Assembly: GCA_000004985.1 (NCBI GenBank) | Contig: GG738923.1 | Source of the DNA: Naegleria gruberi | Lineage: Eukaryota | Strand: one strand, 5' to 3' | Length of the DNA stretch: 64,000 bases | In this document: piece by piece, positions 20,564 through 31,437 of the stretch | Numbering within the stretch: position 1 is the stretch's first letter | Layout: every line of letters begins with the position of its first letter | Notes under the pieces: generated by a model | Told to the model about the DNA's origin: nothing | The model's database searches: none | The model's input: only the letters and a program-made list of their open reading frames with translations | Program-made: the position numbers and the translations under genes

Positions 20564-20716
20564 TGAATTTCGAATGAATAGAAAGACAAGAAAAGGATAT
20601 CCTTCTTTGAAAAGAATACTGCTGATATCTTCAATTTTGGATATTAATTTATACATATTAATTATTACATAGAAATTTTCCTTCAATTCATGAATTTCAA
20701 TTTGGGAAATAGAAAA

Positions 20717-21853
20717 CTAAAAGTAATTGTTAACTGTAAGGGAACTGACCTCAGGTGCTGTGAGTGCCTTAGTGAAAATCATTACATTAGCAATATATCC
20801 AGTATAGTAATAAGTTCCAGCATTGTGTCCACCAATGGTCAACTTTCCATCACTCAAATTCTTGGAGGCAATTGAAGTTGCACTGGTCTTGTATAATGAT
20901 CCGTCAATATAGAGATCAGTACCATCAGTTCTAAAAACAAATACTAAATGTCTCCAAACATCGGTTGCAAATAGGGTTCCATCAGTTACAAAAGGTGTAG
21001 TAAACTTGTCATCATAAAAACTAAACCCTTTGGCAGAAGCAACGTTGAAGAAAATGTAATTACCATTAGTACTGAAAGCCATTGCAACACCTCCATAAGG
21101 GCTCTTAAGCCACAATGAAAAGCTGTTGGAAACTGTAAGATTGACATTCACAGTAGAAGCGAGACCATTCTTCTTTCCATCGAAATAAACTGATTTACCA
21201 CCTGGGAATGGTGAATCATTGGAAAAGACTGGATTTGAAGAAGCACCTTGATTTGGATTGTTAACCAAGTGGAGAGAACCAACACTATCAGCGAAGGTAT
21301 TATTGAAATAGTAAGCATGGGCAAGATATGGAGTCATTGGTGCTGTGAAAAAGGAGGAACAAGAGGCTCCAATATATGGTTTTGTACAAGTGCAATTATT
21401 AGGAGCAATACATGAACCGTGTCCAGAGCAAACCGAAGCATTATTAGCAGCCAATCCAAAACATACTGGGACACAGTTAGGATAATTGGTAAAACCATCT
21501 TGGCATGCATTACAATCAGAACCATTGTAAGTGGAACACTGGGAATTAATGACACGAATTTCAGCATCTAATAAGGCTATTGCTGAAGCAACTTTGGACA
21601 ATTGCTTGCTTCTCAAATCAATAATGGTCTTTAAAGATGGTGCTGATGAAGAATTACTAGTAAAGAAGGTGCTGTTTAACAAGTTAATAGTATTCTCTAA
21701 CTTGGTTTTGGTGCATGCCACAGCATCTCTTTCCTTTTGTAAAGAAGCTAAATAATCCCTCAATCCACCTGTTGTTTGGTGAAGAGTAAGTGTTATATTG
21801 GCTAGTAAGAGGAAAACTACTAGCAGCGCGCAAAACCTTAGCAATTGAATCAT
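20717..21853 (-). CDS. Secreted protein with signal peptide, EGF-like Cys-rich module and a concanavalin-A-like lectin / LamG (Laminin_G_3-type) domain.
   Basis: N-terminal MIQLLRFCALLVVFLLLANITLT signal. Cys pattern CSTYNGSDCNACQDGFTNYPNCVPVC...CSGHGSCIAPNNCTCTKPYIGASC (EGF-like). C-terminal WLKSPYGGVAMAF...VWRHLVFVFRTDGTDLYIDGSLY...LTIGGHNAGTYYYTGYIANVMIFTKALTAPEV matches the LamG/pentraxin jelly-roll consensus (W.H.....DG...lYvDG......iG......f.G.i..v.i...aLs..E). Confidence 0.75.
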   Translation of the reverse strand: MIQLLRFCALLVVFLLLANITLTLHQTTGGLRDYLASLQKERDAVACTKTKLENTINLLNSTFFTSNSSSAPSLKTIIDLRSKQLSKVASAIALLDAEIRVINSQCSTYNGSDCNACQDGFTNYPNCVPVCFGLAANNASVCSGHGSCIAPNNCTCTKPYIGASCSSFFTAPMTPYLAHAYYFNNTFADSVGSLHLVNNPNQGASSNPVFSNDSPFPGGKSVYFDGKKNGLASTVNVNLTVSNSFSLWLKSPYGGVAMAFSTNGNYIFFNVASAKGFSFYDDKFTTPFVTDGTLFATDVWRHLVFVFRTDGTDLYIDGSLYKTSATSIASKNLSDGKLTIGGHNAGTYYYTGYIANVMIFTKALTAPEVSSLTVNNYF

Positions 21854-22382
21854 GTTGTTGTTGGTTGGTATTAAGGAAGATCGTACTTAATCCTGTGAGG
21901 AGTTTTTTTTGAAAACAGTGGTCCTTTTGATTGGTGCTTGTTTGGTCGCATCTTCGTTTACAGTAAAATCCACTGTAACGGATAGTTTTTTAAGGAACTG
22001 TATTGGAATGGATTGTTGAGGCTTTCAATATTGTAGATTATTGTTTATACGACTTGATAAATTGCAACCAAATCAATATGGTTGGATATTAAGCAGCGGA
22101 TATCGACTTTGAATGTGATTTTGTTGAATAAAATTGCATGAAGTTCGATTGTATGTTGTCCCTAGTGTCAGGACGGTCCTTTATTTTGTCGATCTAAAAT
22201 GAGGAAATCGCTCCCCACAAAACAAAAAACAGATGGACCAATTTAAAATAAATAATTTTGGTTTGCTGTTTTGTCTAACAAAATCAAGATTGTTTGGACC
22301 AACATAACATTAATGATTGTATGTTGTCTAGTCTGATGGTAACAGTAAAAATGGAGCCTGACATCAAAATAATAATGATAAT

Positions 22383-23336
22383 TTAAATGGAAAACTTAAT
22401 GTATTCGTGAAATTGAGCAGATGATCCAGGATAAAAATCTTGTTGAAATTGTAAATGTTTTGCTTCTTCTTGAATTGTAACAGAAGATTTAATTGTTTGA
22501 AGAGATTTGATAACATCACTTTTCGTTGGTTGTGATAGGGCATTAAGACTAATATTGAAACTATTATTGGTAGCCATTAAGGCATTTCTAATAATGTTCA
22601 TCTGTGAATCCCTTACTACACACATTAAATCCGCATATGAATATCCATCACACATTGTGGAAATCTCCTCAATTTCATCATCTTGTATTGAACTATTTCT
22701 AAATGCATCTCTCAATATCTCAATCCTTTTCTCCTTATCTGGAAGAGGAATGTGAAATCTCCTCTTAAATATTTTCCTCACAGCTGGATTAATATTCCAA
22801 GGTGTTGAGCTTATAACCAAAACAATTACCCTACTCTCACGATCATACATGGATTGGAGAAATTCTTTCAAAACTGAAATTTCCTTCTCTGAATTACTAT
22901 TCCAATCACAAAATTCCAAATCATCGATTACTATAATACTTGGTTGACTAAGTTTTGCTTTTTCAAATACTTCTTGCATTGAACGTTTAAAATCATGATC
23001 TTGAGTGTAGATTACTTCTGCTTTTATCCTTTCATCGGTGAGTATTTTCTTAGTTAAATAGGTTTTACCCTTTTCCGATCAAATCAAAATATTAAATTTA
23101 ATATTACTCTCCAAATGATCATGATATTTGCTTACCACTCCTGGACATCCGTGAATTAATATTTCATTCCAAACTTTTGCATCAGGATATTCGAGAGGGA
23201 GAAGAATACTCTCAAGAAGTTCTTCTTCAATGCTAAGTTTTTTCTGTTGCAGCTGTTGTTCTTCTTCGCTAATAGAGGAAATTGTGGAATTGTGTTGTAA
23301 CATTTTTTTGTTGTAATGTTGATTGCATTCGTACAC
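22383..23336 (-). CDS. Short AAA+ ATPase (classic AAA clade) with non-canonical Walker B and sensor-1. Two exons: 23136..23336 and 22383..23069; intron 23070..23135. 295 aa.
   Basis: Exon 1 ends ...LIHGCPGV at GTAAGC. After a 66-nt intron, exon 2 continues GKTYLTKKIL, reconstituting Walker A GCPGVGKT. Walker B is IIVIDDLEF (DD instead of DE). Sensor-1 region VIVLVISSTPWNINPA lacks the Asn. Arg-finger region RKIFKRRFHIPLPDKEKRIEIL and the helical lid ISTMCDGYSYADLMCVVRD are AAA-typical. Confidence 0.7.
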
Positions 23337-23411
23337 ATGATTGTTTATTAATAGTTTGAAAGGTCGACTTGATTAAATGATGGAACAATGTAGTAGCACC
23401 ATCGAGTGGAA

Positions 23412-24767
23412 TTATTCAATGGAGGTCTTGAAATTATAAATGTGATTGAATTTGACTTCTAATAAGCTTAGTTCTTTGATTGCGTTTTGGATCAATGAAT
23501 CAATGAGTTGAGTTTTTTCATTGGATTTCTTCTTGCATAGTTTCTTATGAGCTGATTTTGCTTCCTCTAAACATTGAATTCTATCCTTGAGAGCTCTTGG
23601 TATCCTTTCTTGCTTAATATACGAATGGGCACGATCATTTCTATCATTAATGATGGATTGAACATCTGAAAGCTTGAATAATTCTCTGAATTTCCTAACT
23701 CTGGAATTTTCGTCATCCACCATTTTGTCTTCGCATGCTAATACTGACCTAATACAATCGGTGAATATCTTATTGATGTGATTGTATTGATCCTCGATTG
23801 AAATCTTTTGTTTCTCTAAGCAAAGGGTACTTTTAAATGCTTCGAATCTTCCAAGACAAGTAATAAGCTGTTTACACAAATCAAAATTACCAGAATCAAA
23901 CAGTTTAAAGAATACCTTAATAATATCAATATCTCCTTTCAGAATTGCTTTAGCAACAAGGAGAGTGGCTGCATTCTCGGAGGGTGGGGCTGATTTCTCC
24001 CTGTGTTTCAGTACAATCCCATTCACAGTTACAGGATCCTCCATGGTAATGGTTGAAATCAAGCGAATCATCAAATCATCGTCGTTACAAATATGAGGAA
24101 TTATTTCTTTACATTTGAAAGTATTATTTTCCAATGCGGCAACCAAGTCCAGTTCTGTAAAATTAGTAGTTGATTGATCTGGTTGTTGAATCTCCTTATC
24201 AGCTGCCCATGCTGTCTCTTTTGTATCTTTTACATGTGGTTTTGTTGTTGTGCGTTTCTTCTCCTTTCCAATAGGCTTTGGGGCTGTAGTGGAACTCAAA
24301 TTAGCAACCACAGTTTTCACTACTGTAGTATTTGATGAAGAAGCAGATTGATTCGAAACTGGTAAAGGTATTCTTGCAAGTACAGTTTTGACTTGGTCAA
24401 CAATATTTGTATTTGGAATATCTTCGACAAGGTTGACAAATTCTCCAATACTATATTTGAAACCTTGATGACCGTGTAATTTCTTCTTTTCATAAGAAAT
24501 ATCAACATCATAATAGAATTTCTGTTCAAAAACATGATACAAATCAACTCTTTCATCAAACTCCCAACAATGAGAATAAAGTAATTTACACCAACTCTTC
24601 AAACATGTTCTCTTCACCCACATTCTTTCCAAGTCTGTCGATCTTTCAACATGATATTCAAGCAGCCTCTCACTCCTATCCACTTCACAATTTCCTCTGT
24701 AAATATAATGATATTTGTGATCATCTAAATAGACTCTTGCACCCAAGTTATCTGGATAAAATATCCN
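23412..24767 (-). CDS. Copy 1 of the unknown 517-aa protein gene; 5' end runs into N-gap 24768..24816 (partial).
   Basis: ORF 23412..24746 corresponds to residues about 74-517 of the complete copy. It has a one-residue indel (KRTTTKPHV vs KRTTKPHV). Confidence 0.5.
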   Translation of the reverse strand, partial: XIFYPDNLGARVYLDDHKYHYIYRGNCEVDRSERLLEYHVERSTDLERMWVKRTCLKSWCKLLYSHCWEFDERVDLYHVFEQKFYYDVDISYEKKKLHGHQGFKYSIGEFVNLVEDIPNTNIVDQVKTVLARIPLPVSNQSASSSNTTVVKTVVANLSSTTAPKPIGKEKKRTTTKPHVKDTKETAWAADKEIQQPDQSTTNFTELDLVAALENNTFKCKEIIPHICNDDDLMIRLISTITMEDPVTVNGIVLKHREKSAPPSENAATLLVAKAILKGDIDIIKVFFKLFDSGNFDLCKQLITCLGRFEAFKSTLCLEKQKISIEDQYNHINKIFTDCIRSVLACEDKMVDDENSRVRKFRELFKLSDVQSIINDRNDRAHSYIKQERIPRALKDRIQCLEEAKSAHKKLCKKKSNEKTQLIDSLIQNAIKELSLLEVKFNHIYNFKTSIE

Positions 24768-25218
24768 NNNNNNNNNNNNNNNNNNNNNNNNNNNNNNNNN
24801 NNNNNNNNNNNNNNNNTTGCCAATAAGGCAACTGGAGGAAATACATTGAAGGAATCGGTTTATTCCTTAAGCACAGCATGTGTCTCTGCCAAGTTTTTAA
24901 CTTGAGGAAAACTAAGGAAGTCTGGAATTTCAATGCACTTAAAAATAGTTTCTTAACAAAACAGAATATTTGTTGAAAAGTCTGTCGCTGGTAAGAGTGA
25001 GTTTATTCAAGAATTGGAAGATCAATTTGATTCTCAAACTCATTTGACTAAGTATAACTGATGCATAACTGTTAAAAGATCCATAGGGTGAGTCAACTAA
25101 TTGCCAAATGATGATTTGAAGATTAACAAATTTTAAAATTAAGGTATGAGCAATCGATCTCTTATGCACCAATTTGTTTATTAAGGCGAATTAAGGAATG
25201 ATATTTATCTTTATGTAA

Positions 25219-25289
25219 TCGGGCGTGGTATAGTGGTAGCATTCCAGACTGTCACTCTGGCGACCCGGGTTCAATTCCCGGCGTTCGAG
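25219..25289 (+). tRNA. tRNA-Asp (anticodon GUC), copy 2 (identical, in duplication unit 2).
   Basis: Same 71-nt sequence 6332 bp downstream of copy 1. Confidence 0.75.
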
Positions 25290-25650
25290 TTCAATTTTAT
25301 GTAGTTTTTGAAAATTTATCTTGGAGTTTTGTATCGAAGTTTGGACATCATTTTTCTATTTTAAATATGTGTGAAAAATGTCACGAAGCATGTTTGAAAC
25401 TTTTGTAGTGAGAATATGGAGAGAGTGGATACAATATCATTCATAGAAAGCCTAATGTGTTGTTTAGGTGGTATTGTTGTGTTCTATTAATAATAATTGA
25501 AATTAAGGTATGTACCATTTGTTTGTATTGATTTAAATTTATTGAGTTATTAGTGTTGATATATAGTTATAGTAAACAATTAAGAAAACTTGAAAGATTC
25601 AGATCAGAATTGTAACACTTGTTAGTGATTGAGTTTCTTAGTAAAAAAAA

Positions 25651-25914
25651 ATGCGAAACAATAAAGAGGGGAAAGTTAGATTTTTTCTTTGTGATTTTAA
25701 ACTTCCTTCCAGTGATGATAATTCCACTCAAATATTAAATTGGTTAAAAATCAAATTTGGCCAATTAAAATTTTCATCATTTAATTGTTCATCAATAAGA
25801 GATTTTAAATTTTGTTCCGATAATTTATTGGAAAGAATTGATAGGATGGGATTTGAAAAACCATCCTATGTGCATAGGCAGTGTATTTTTCCAATGATTC
25901 GTTCTCATGAGAGT
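25651..25914 (+). CDS. Second copy of the eIF4A-like degenerate helicase gene, 5' part only (truncated by N-gap 25915..27305).
   Basis: Identical N-terminal 88 codons (MRNNKEGKVRFFLCDFKL...MIRSHES) before the gap. Confidence 0.6.
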
Positions 25915-27305
25915 NNNNNNNNNNNNNNNNNNNNNNNNNNNNNNNNNNNNNNNNNNNNNNNNNNNNNNNNNNNNNNNNNNNNNNNNNNNNNNNNNNNNNN
26001 NNNNNNNNNNNNNNNNNNNNNNNNNNNNNNNNNNNNNNNNNNNNNNNNNNNNNNNNNNNNNNNNNNNNNNNNNNNNNNNNNNNNNNNNNNNNNNNNNNNN
26101 NNNNNNNNNNNNNNNNNNNNNNNNNNNNNNNNNNNNNNNNNNNNNNNNNNNNNNNNNNNNNNNNNNNNNNNNNNNNNNNNNNNNNNNNNNNNNNNNNNNN
26201 NNNNNNNNNNNNNNNNNNNNNNNNNNNNNNNNNNNNNNNNNNNNNNNNNNNNNNNNNNNNNNNNNNNNNNNNNNNNNNNNNNNNNNNNNNNNNNNNNNNN
26301 NNNNNNNNNNNNNNNNNNNNNNNNNNNNNNNNNNNNNNNNNNNNNNNNNNNNNNNNNNNNNNNNNNNNNNNNNNNNNNNNNNNNNNNNNNNNNNNNNNNN
26401 NNNNNNNNNNNNNNNNNNNNNNNNNNNNNNNNNNNNNNNNNNNNNNNNNNNNNNNNNNNNNNNNNNNNNNNNNNNNNNNNNNNNNNNNNNNNNNNNNNNN
26501 NNNNNNNNNNNNNNNNNNNNNNNNNNNNNNNNNNNNNNNNNNNNNNNNNNNNNNNNNNNNNNNNNNNNNNNNNNNNNNNNNNNNNNNNNNNNNNNNNNNN
26601 NNNNNNNNNNNNNNNNNNNNNNNNNNNNNNNNNNNNNNNNNNNNNNNNNNNNNNNNNNNNNNNNNNNNNNNNNNNNNNNNNNNNNNNNNNNNNNNNNNNN
26701 NNNNNNNNNNNNNNNNNNNNNNNNNNNNNNNNNNNNNNNNNNNNNNNNNNNNNNNNNNNNNNNNNNNNNNNNNNNNNNNNNNNNNNNNNNNNNNNNNNNN
26801 NNNNNNNNNNNNNNNNNNNNNNNNNNNNNNNNNNNNNNNNNNNNNNNNNNNNNNNNNNNNNNNNNNNNNNNNNNNNNNNNNNNNNNNNNNNNNNNNNNNN
26901 NNNNNNNNNNNNNNNNNNNNNNNNNNNNNNNNNNNNNNNNNNNNNNNNNNNNNNNNNNNNNNNNNNNNNNNNNNNNNNNNNNNNNNNNNNNNNNNNNNNN
27001 NNNNNNNNNNNNNNNNNNNNNNNNNNNNNNNNNNNNNNNNNNNNNNNNNNNNNNNNNNNNNNNNNNNNNNNNNNNNNNNNNNNNNNNNNNNNNNNNNNNN
27101 NNNNNNNNNNNNNNNNNNNNNNNNNNNNNNNNNNNNNNNNNNNNNNNNNNNNNNNNNNNNNNNNNNNNNNNNNNNNNNNNNNNNNNNNNNNNNNNNNNNN
27201 NNNNNNNNNNNNNNNNNNNNNNNNNNNNNNNNNNNNNNNNNNNNNNNNNNNNNNNNNNNNNNNNNNNNNNNNNNNNNNNNNNNNNNNNNNNNNNNNNNNN
27301 NNNNN
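25915..27305. other. Assembly gap (1391 N) inside duplication unit 2. Smaller gaps at 1906..2184 and 24768..24816.
   Basis: Runs of N. The ORFs drawn across them in the six-frame track are artefacts. Confidence 1.
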
Positions 27306-28188
27306 AATAGGGTTCATCAGTTACAAAAGGTGTAGTAAACTTGTCATCATAAAAACTAAACCCTTTGGCAGAAGCAACGTTGAAGAAAATGTAATTACCA
27401 TTAGTACTGAAAGCCATTGCAACACCTCCATAAGGGCTCTTAAGCCACAATGAAAAGCTGTTGGAAACTGTAAGATTGACTGTCACAGTAGAAGCGAGAC
27501 CATTCTTCTTTCCATCGAAATAAACTGATTTACCACCTGGGAATGGTGAATCATTGGAAAAGACTGGATTTGAAGAAGCACCTTGATTTGGATTGTTAAT
27601 CAAGTGGAGAGAACCAGCACTATCAGCGAAAGTATTATTGAAATAGTAAGCATGGGCAAGATATGGAGTCATTGGTGCTGTGAAAAAGGAGGAACAAGAG
27701 GCTCCAATATATGGTTTTGTACAAGTGCAATTATTAGGAGCAATACATGAACCGTGTCCAGAGCAAACCGAAGCATTATTAGCAGCCAATCCAAAACATA
27801 CTGGGACACAGTTAGGATAATTGGTAAAACCATCTTGGCATGTATTACAATCAGAACCATTGTAAGTGGAACACTGGGAATTAATGACACGAATTTCAGC
27901 ATCTAATAAGGCTATTGCTGAAGCAACTTTGGACAATTGCTTGCTTCTCAAATCAATAATGGTCTTTAAAGATGGTGCTGATGAAGAATTACTAGTAAAG
28001 AAGGTGCTGTTTAACAAGTTAATAGTATTCTCTAACTTGGTTTTGGTGCATGCCACAGCATCTCTTTCCTTTTGTAAAGAAGCTAAATAATCCCTCAATC
28101 CACCTGTTGTTTGTTGAAGAGTAAGTGTTATATTGGCTAGTAAGAGGAAAACTACTAGCAGCGCGCAAAACCTTAGCAATTGAATCAT
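27306..28188 (-). CDS. Second copy of the EGF/LamG secreted protein gene; N-terminal about 294 codons present, 3' end lost in N-gap.
   Basis: About 99% identical to 20962..21853. Amino-acid differences seen: H25Q, A116T, V/A and V/I changes, N/T. Confidence 0.6.
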
Positions 28189-28717
28189 GTTGTTGTTGGT
28201 TGGTATTAAGGAAGATCGTACTTAATCCTGTGAGGAGTTTTTTTTGAAAACAGTGGTCCTTTTGATTGGTGCTTGTTTGGTCGCATCTTCGTTTACAGTA
28301 AAATCCACTGTAACGGATAGTTTTTTAAGGAACTGTATTGGAATGGATTGTTGAGGCTTTCAATATTGTAGATTATTGTTTATACGACTTGATAAATTGC
28401 AACCAAATCAATATGGTTGGATATTAAGCAGCGGATATCGACTTTGAATGTGATTTTGTTGAATAAAATTGCATGAAGTTCGATTGTATGTTGTCCCTAG
28501 TGTCAGGACGGTCCTTTATTTTGTCGATCTAAAATGAGGAAATCGCTCCCCACAAAACAAAAAACAGATGGACCAATTTAAAATAAATAATTTTGGTTTG
28601 CTGTTTTGTCTAACAAAATCAAGATTGTTTGGACCAACATAACATTAATGATTGTATGTTGTCTAGTCTGATGGTAACAGTAAAAATGGAGCCTGACATC
28701 AAAATAATAATGATAAT

Positions 28718-29671
28718 TTAAATGGAAAACTTAATGTATTCGTGAAATTGAGCAGATGATCCAGGATAAAAATCTTGTTGAAATTGTAAATGTTTTGCTT
28801 CTTCTTGAATTGTAACAGAAGATTTAATTGTTTGAAGAGATTTGATAACATCACTTTTCGTTGGTTGTGATAGGGCATTAAGACTAATATTGAAACTATT
28901 ATTGGTAGCCATTAAGGCATTTCTAATAATGTTCATCTGTGAATCCCTTACTACACACATTAAATCCGCATATGAATATCCATCACATTTTGTGGAAATC
29001 TCCTCAATTTCATCATCTTGTATTGAACTATTTCTAAATGCATCTCTCAATATCTCAATCCTTTTCTCCTTATCTGGAAGAGGAATGTGAAATCTCCTCT
29101 TAAATATTTTCCTCACAGCTGGATTAATATTCCAAGGTGTTGAGCTTATAACCAAAACAATTACCCTACTCTCACGATCATACATGGATTGGAGAAATTC
29201 TTTCAAAACTGAAATTTCCTTCTCTGAATTACTATTCCAATCACAAAATTCCAAATCATCGATTACTATAATACTTGGTTGACTAAGTTTTGCTTTTTCA
29301 AATACTTCTTGCATTGAACGTTTAAAATCATGATCTTGAGTGTAGATTACTTCTGCTTTTATCCTTTCATCGGTGAGTATTTTCTTAGTTAAATAGGTTT
29401 TACCCTTTTCCGATCAAATCAAAATATTAAATTTAATATTACTCTCCAAATGATCGTGATATTTGCTTACCACTCCTGGACATCCGTGAATTAATATTTC
29501 ATTCCAAACTTTTGCATCAGGATATTCGAGAGGGAGAAGAATACTCTCAAGAAGTTCTTCTTCAATGCTAAGTTTTTTCTGTTGCAGCTGTTGTTCTTCT
29601 TCACTCACAGAGGAAATTGTGGAATTGTGTTGTAACATTTTTTTGTTGTAATGTTGATTGCATTCGTACAC
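28718..29671 (-). CDS. Second copy of the short AAA+ ATPase gene (exons 29471..29671 and 28718..29404).
   Basis: Identical structure at offset +6335. Two amino-acid differences (I/V in SSISEEE vs SSVSEEE; M/K in ISTMCDGY vs ISTKCDGY). Confidence 0.7.
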
Positions 29672-29746
29672 ATGATTGTTTATTAATAGTTTGAAAGGTC
29701 GACTTGATTAAATGATGGAACAATGTAGTAGCACCATCGAGTGGAA

Positions 29747-31300
29747 TTATTCAATGGAGGTCTTGAAATTATAAATGTGATTGAATTTGACTTCTAATAA
29801 GCTTAGTTCTTTGATTGCGTTTTGGATCAATGAATCAATGAGTTGAGTTTTTTCATTGGATTTCTTCTTGCATAGTTTCTTATGAGCTGATTTTGCTTCC
29901 TCTAAACATTGAATTCTATCCTTGAGAGCTCTTGGTATCCTTTCTTGCTTAATATACGAATGGGCACGATCATTTCTATCATTAATGATGGATTGAACAT
30001 CTGAAAGCTTGAATAATTCTCTGAATTTCCTAACTCTGGAATTTTCGTCATCCACCATTTTGTCTTCGCATGCTAATACTGACCTAATACAATCGGTGAA
30101 TATCTTATTGATGTGATTGTATTGATCCTCGATTGAAATCTTTTGTTTCTCTAAGCAAAGGGTACTTTTAAATGCTTCGAATCTTCCAAGACAAGTAATA
30201 AGCTGTTTACACAAATCAAAATTACCAGAATCAAACAGCTTAAAGAATACCTTAATTATATCAATATCTCCTTTCAGAATTGCTTTAGCAACAAGGAGAG
30301 TGGCTGCATTCTCGGAGGGTGGGGCTGATTTCTCCCTGTGTTTCAGTACAATCCCATTCACAGTTACAGGATCCTCCATGGTAATGGTTGAAATCAAGCG
30401 AATCATCAAATCATCGTCGTTACAAATATGAGGAATTATTTCTTTACATTTGAAAGTATTATTTTCCAATGCGGCAACCAAGTCCAGTTCTGTAAAATTA
30501 GTAGTTGATTGATCTGGTTGTTGAATCTCCTTATCAGCTGCCCATGCTGTCTCTTTCGTATCTTTTACATGTGGTTTTGTAGTGCGTTTCTTCTCCTTTC
30601 CAATAGGCTTTGGGGCTGTAGTGGAACTCAAATTAGCAACCACAGTTTTCACTACTGTAGTATTTGATGAAGAAGCAGATTGATTCGAAACTGGTAAAGG
30701 TATTCTTGCAAGTACAGTTTTGACTTGGTCAACAATATTTGTATTTGGAATATCTTCGACAAGGTTGACAAATTCTCCAATACTATATTTGAAACCTTGA
30801 TGACCGTGTAATTTCTTCTTTTCATAAGAAATATCAACATCATAATAGAATTTCTGTTCAAAAACATGATACAAATCAACTCTTTCATCAAACTCCCAAC
30901 AATGAGAATAAAGTAATTTACACCAACTCTTCAAACATGTTCTCTTCACCCACATTCTTTCCAAGTCTGTCGATCTTTCAACATGATATTCAAGCAGCCT
31001 CTCACTCCTATCCACTTCACAATTTCCTCTGTAAATATAATGATATTTGTGATCATCTAAATAGACTCTTGCACCCAAGTTATCTGGATTAAAATTATCC
31101 GAAATGACTTCATAAACAGATAATAATTGATTCTTGAATGGAAAATCTACTTTGATTTCTCTCGACCATTTTTCAACAACTGAATCTCCCTTGAGCATGT
31201 AAACAATAAAGGCTTTGTTGTAGAGGACATCCATCATGTACTGCTTTTTAGGATCATAATTCGGAATGTGTGTTTGTGCTTCAGAACGGAATTGAGACAT
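29747..31300 (-). CDS. Hypothetical 517-aa protein, no recognisable domain (complete copy). It lies 75 bp upstream of the AAA+ ATPase gene, co-oriented.
   Basis: Single ORF, not low-complexity. The N-terminal half is rich in conserved-looking aromatic/charged residues (RVYLDDHKYHYIYRGNCEVDRSERLLEYHVERSTDLERMWVKRTCLKSWCKLLYSHCWEFDE). The C-terminal half is alpha-helical and Lys/Glu-rich. Confidence 0.6.
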   Translation of the reverse strand: MSQFRSEAQTHIPNYDPKKQYMMDVLYNKAFIVYMLKGDSVVEKWSREIKVDFPFKNQLLSVYEVISDNFNPDNLGARVYLDDHKYHYIYRGNCEVDRSERLLEYHVERSTDLERMWVKRTCLKSWCKLLYSHCWEFDERVDLYHVFEQKFYYDVDISYEKKKLHGHQGFKYSIGEFVNLVEDIPNTNIVDQVKTVLARIPLPVSNQSASSSNTTVVKTVVANLSSTTAPKPIGKEKKRTTKPHVKDTKETAWAADKEIQQPDQSTTNFTELDLVAALENNTFKCKEIIPHICNDDDLMIRLISTITMEDPVTVNGIVLKHREKSAPPSENAATLLVAKAILKGDIDIIKVFFKLFDSGNFDLCKQLITCLGRFEAFKSTLCLEKQKISIEDQYNHINKIFTDCIRSVLACEDKMVDDENSRVRKFRELFKLSDVQSIINDRNDRAHSYIKQERIPRALKDRIQCLEEAKSAHKKLCKKKSNEKTQLIDSLIQNAIKELSLLEVKFNHIYNFKTSIE

Positions 31301-31437
31301 TTTGTTTAATTTTGAAAAAGCCTAAAATTTCTGTTCTTCAAGCCCAAAAATATTTTTTTCAAAACAAATCTTTTTGTGGAACGTGAAAAATCACATTTCC
31401 TTGTTGTTGGTTGGGAATTCAAAGATAATGTTGATCT

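Larger units (their letters stand above)
18485..24767. repeat. Segmental duplication unit 1 (at least 6.28 kb). The near-identical unit 2 is at 24817..about 31150.
   Basis: Sequence from 18485 onward (ttgccaataaggcaactggagg...) recurs from 24817 with constant offset about 6332-6335 bp and about 99% identity. This includes tRNA-Asp and four protein-coding genes. Unit 1 runs into the N-gap at 24768, and unit 2 contains a 1391-N gap. Confidence 0.9.

Noticed and set aside
29672-29746. Possibility that the 517-aa ORF and the AAA ATPase are exons of one gene joined by an intron in the 75-bp spacer
   Set aside because: The 517-aa ORF ends in a genuine in-frame TAA. No GT donor upstream of it gives an AG acceptor in phase with the AAA exon 1. 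They were kept as adjacent co-oriented genes.
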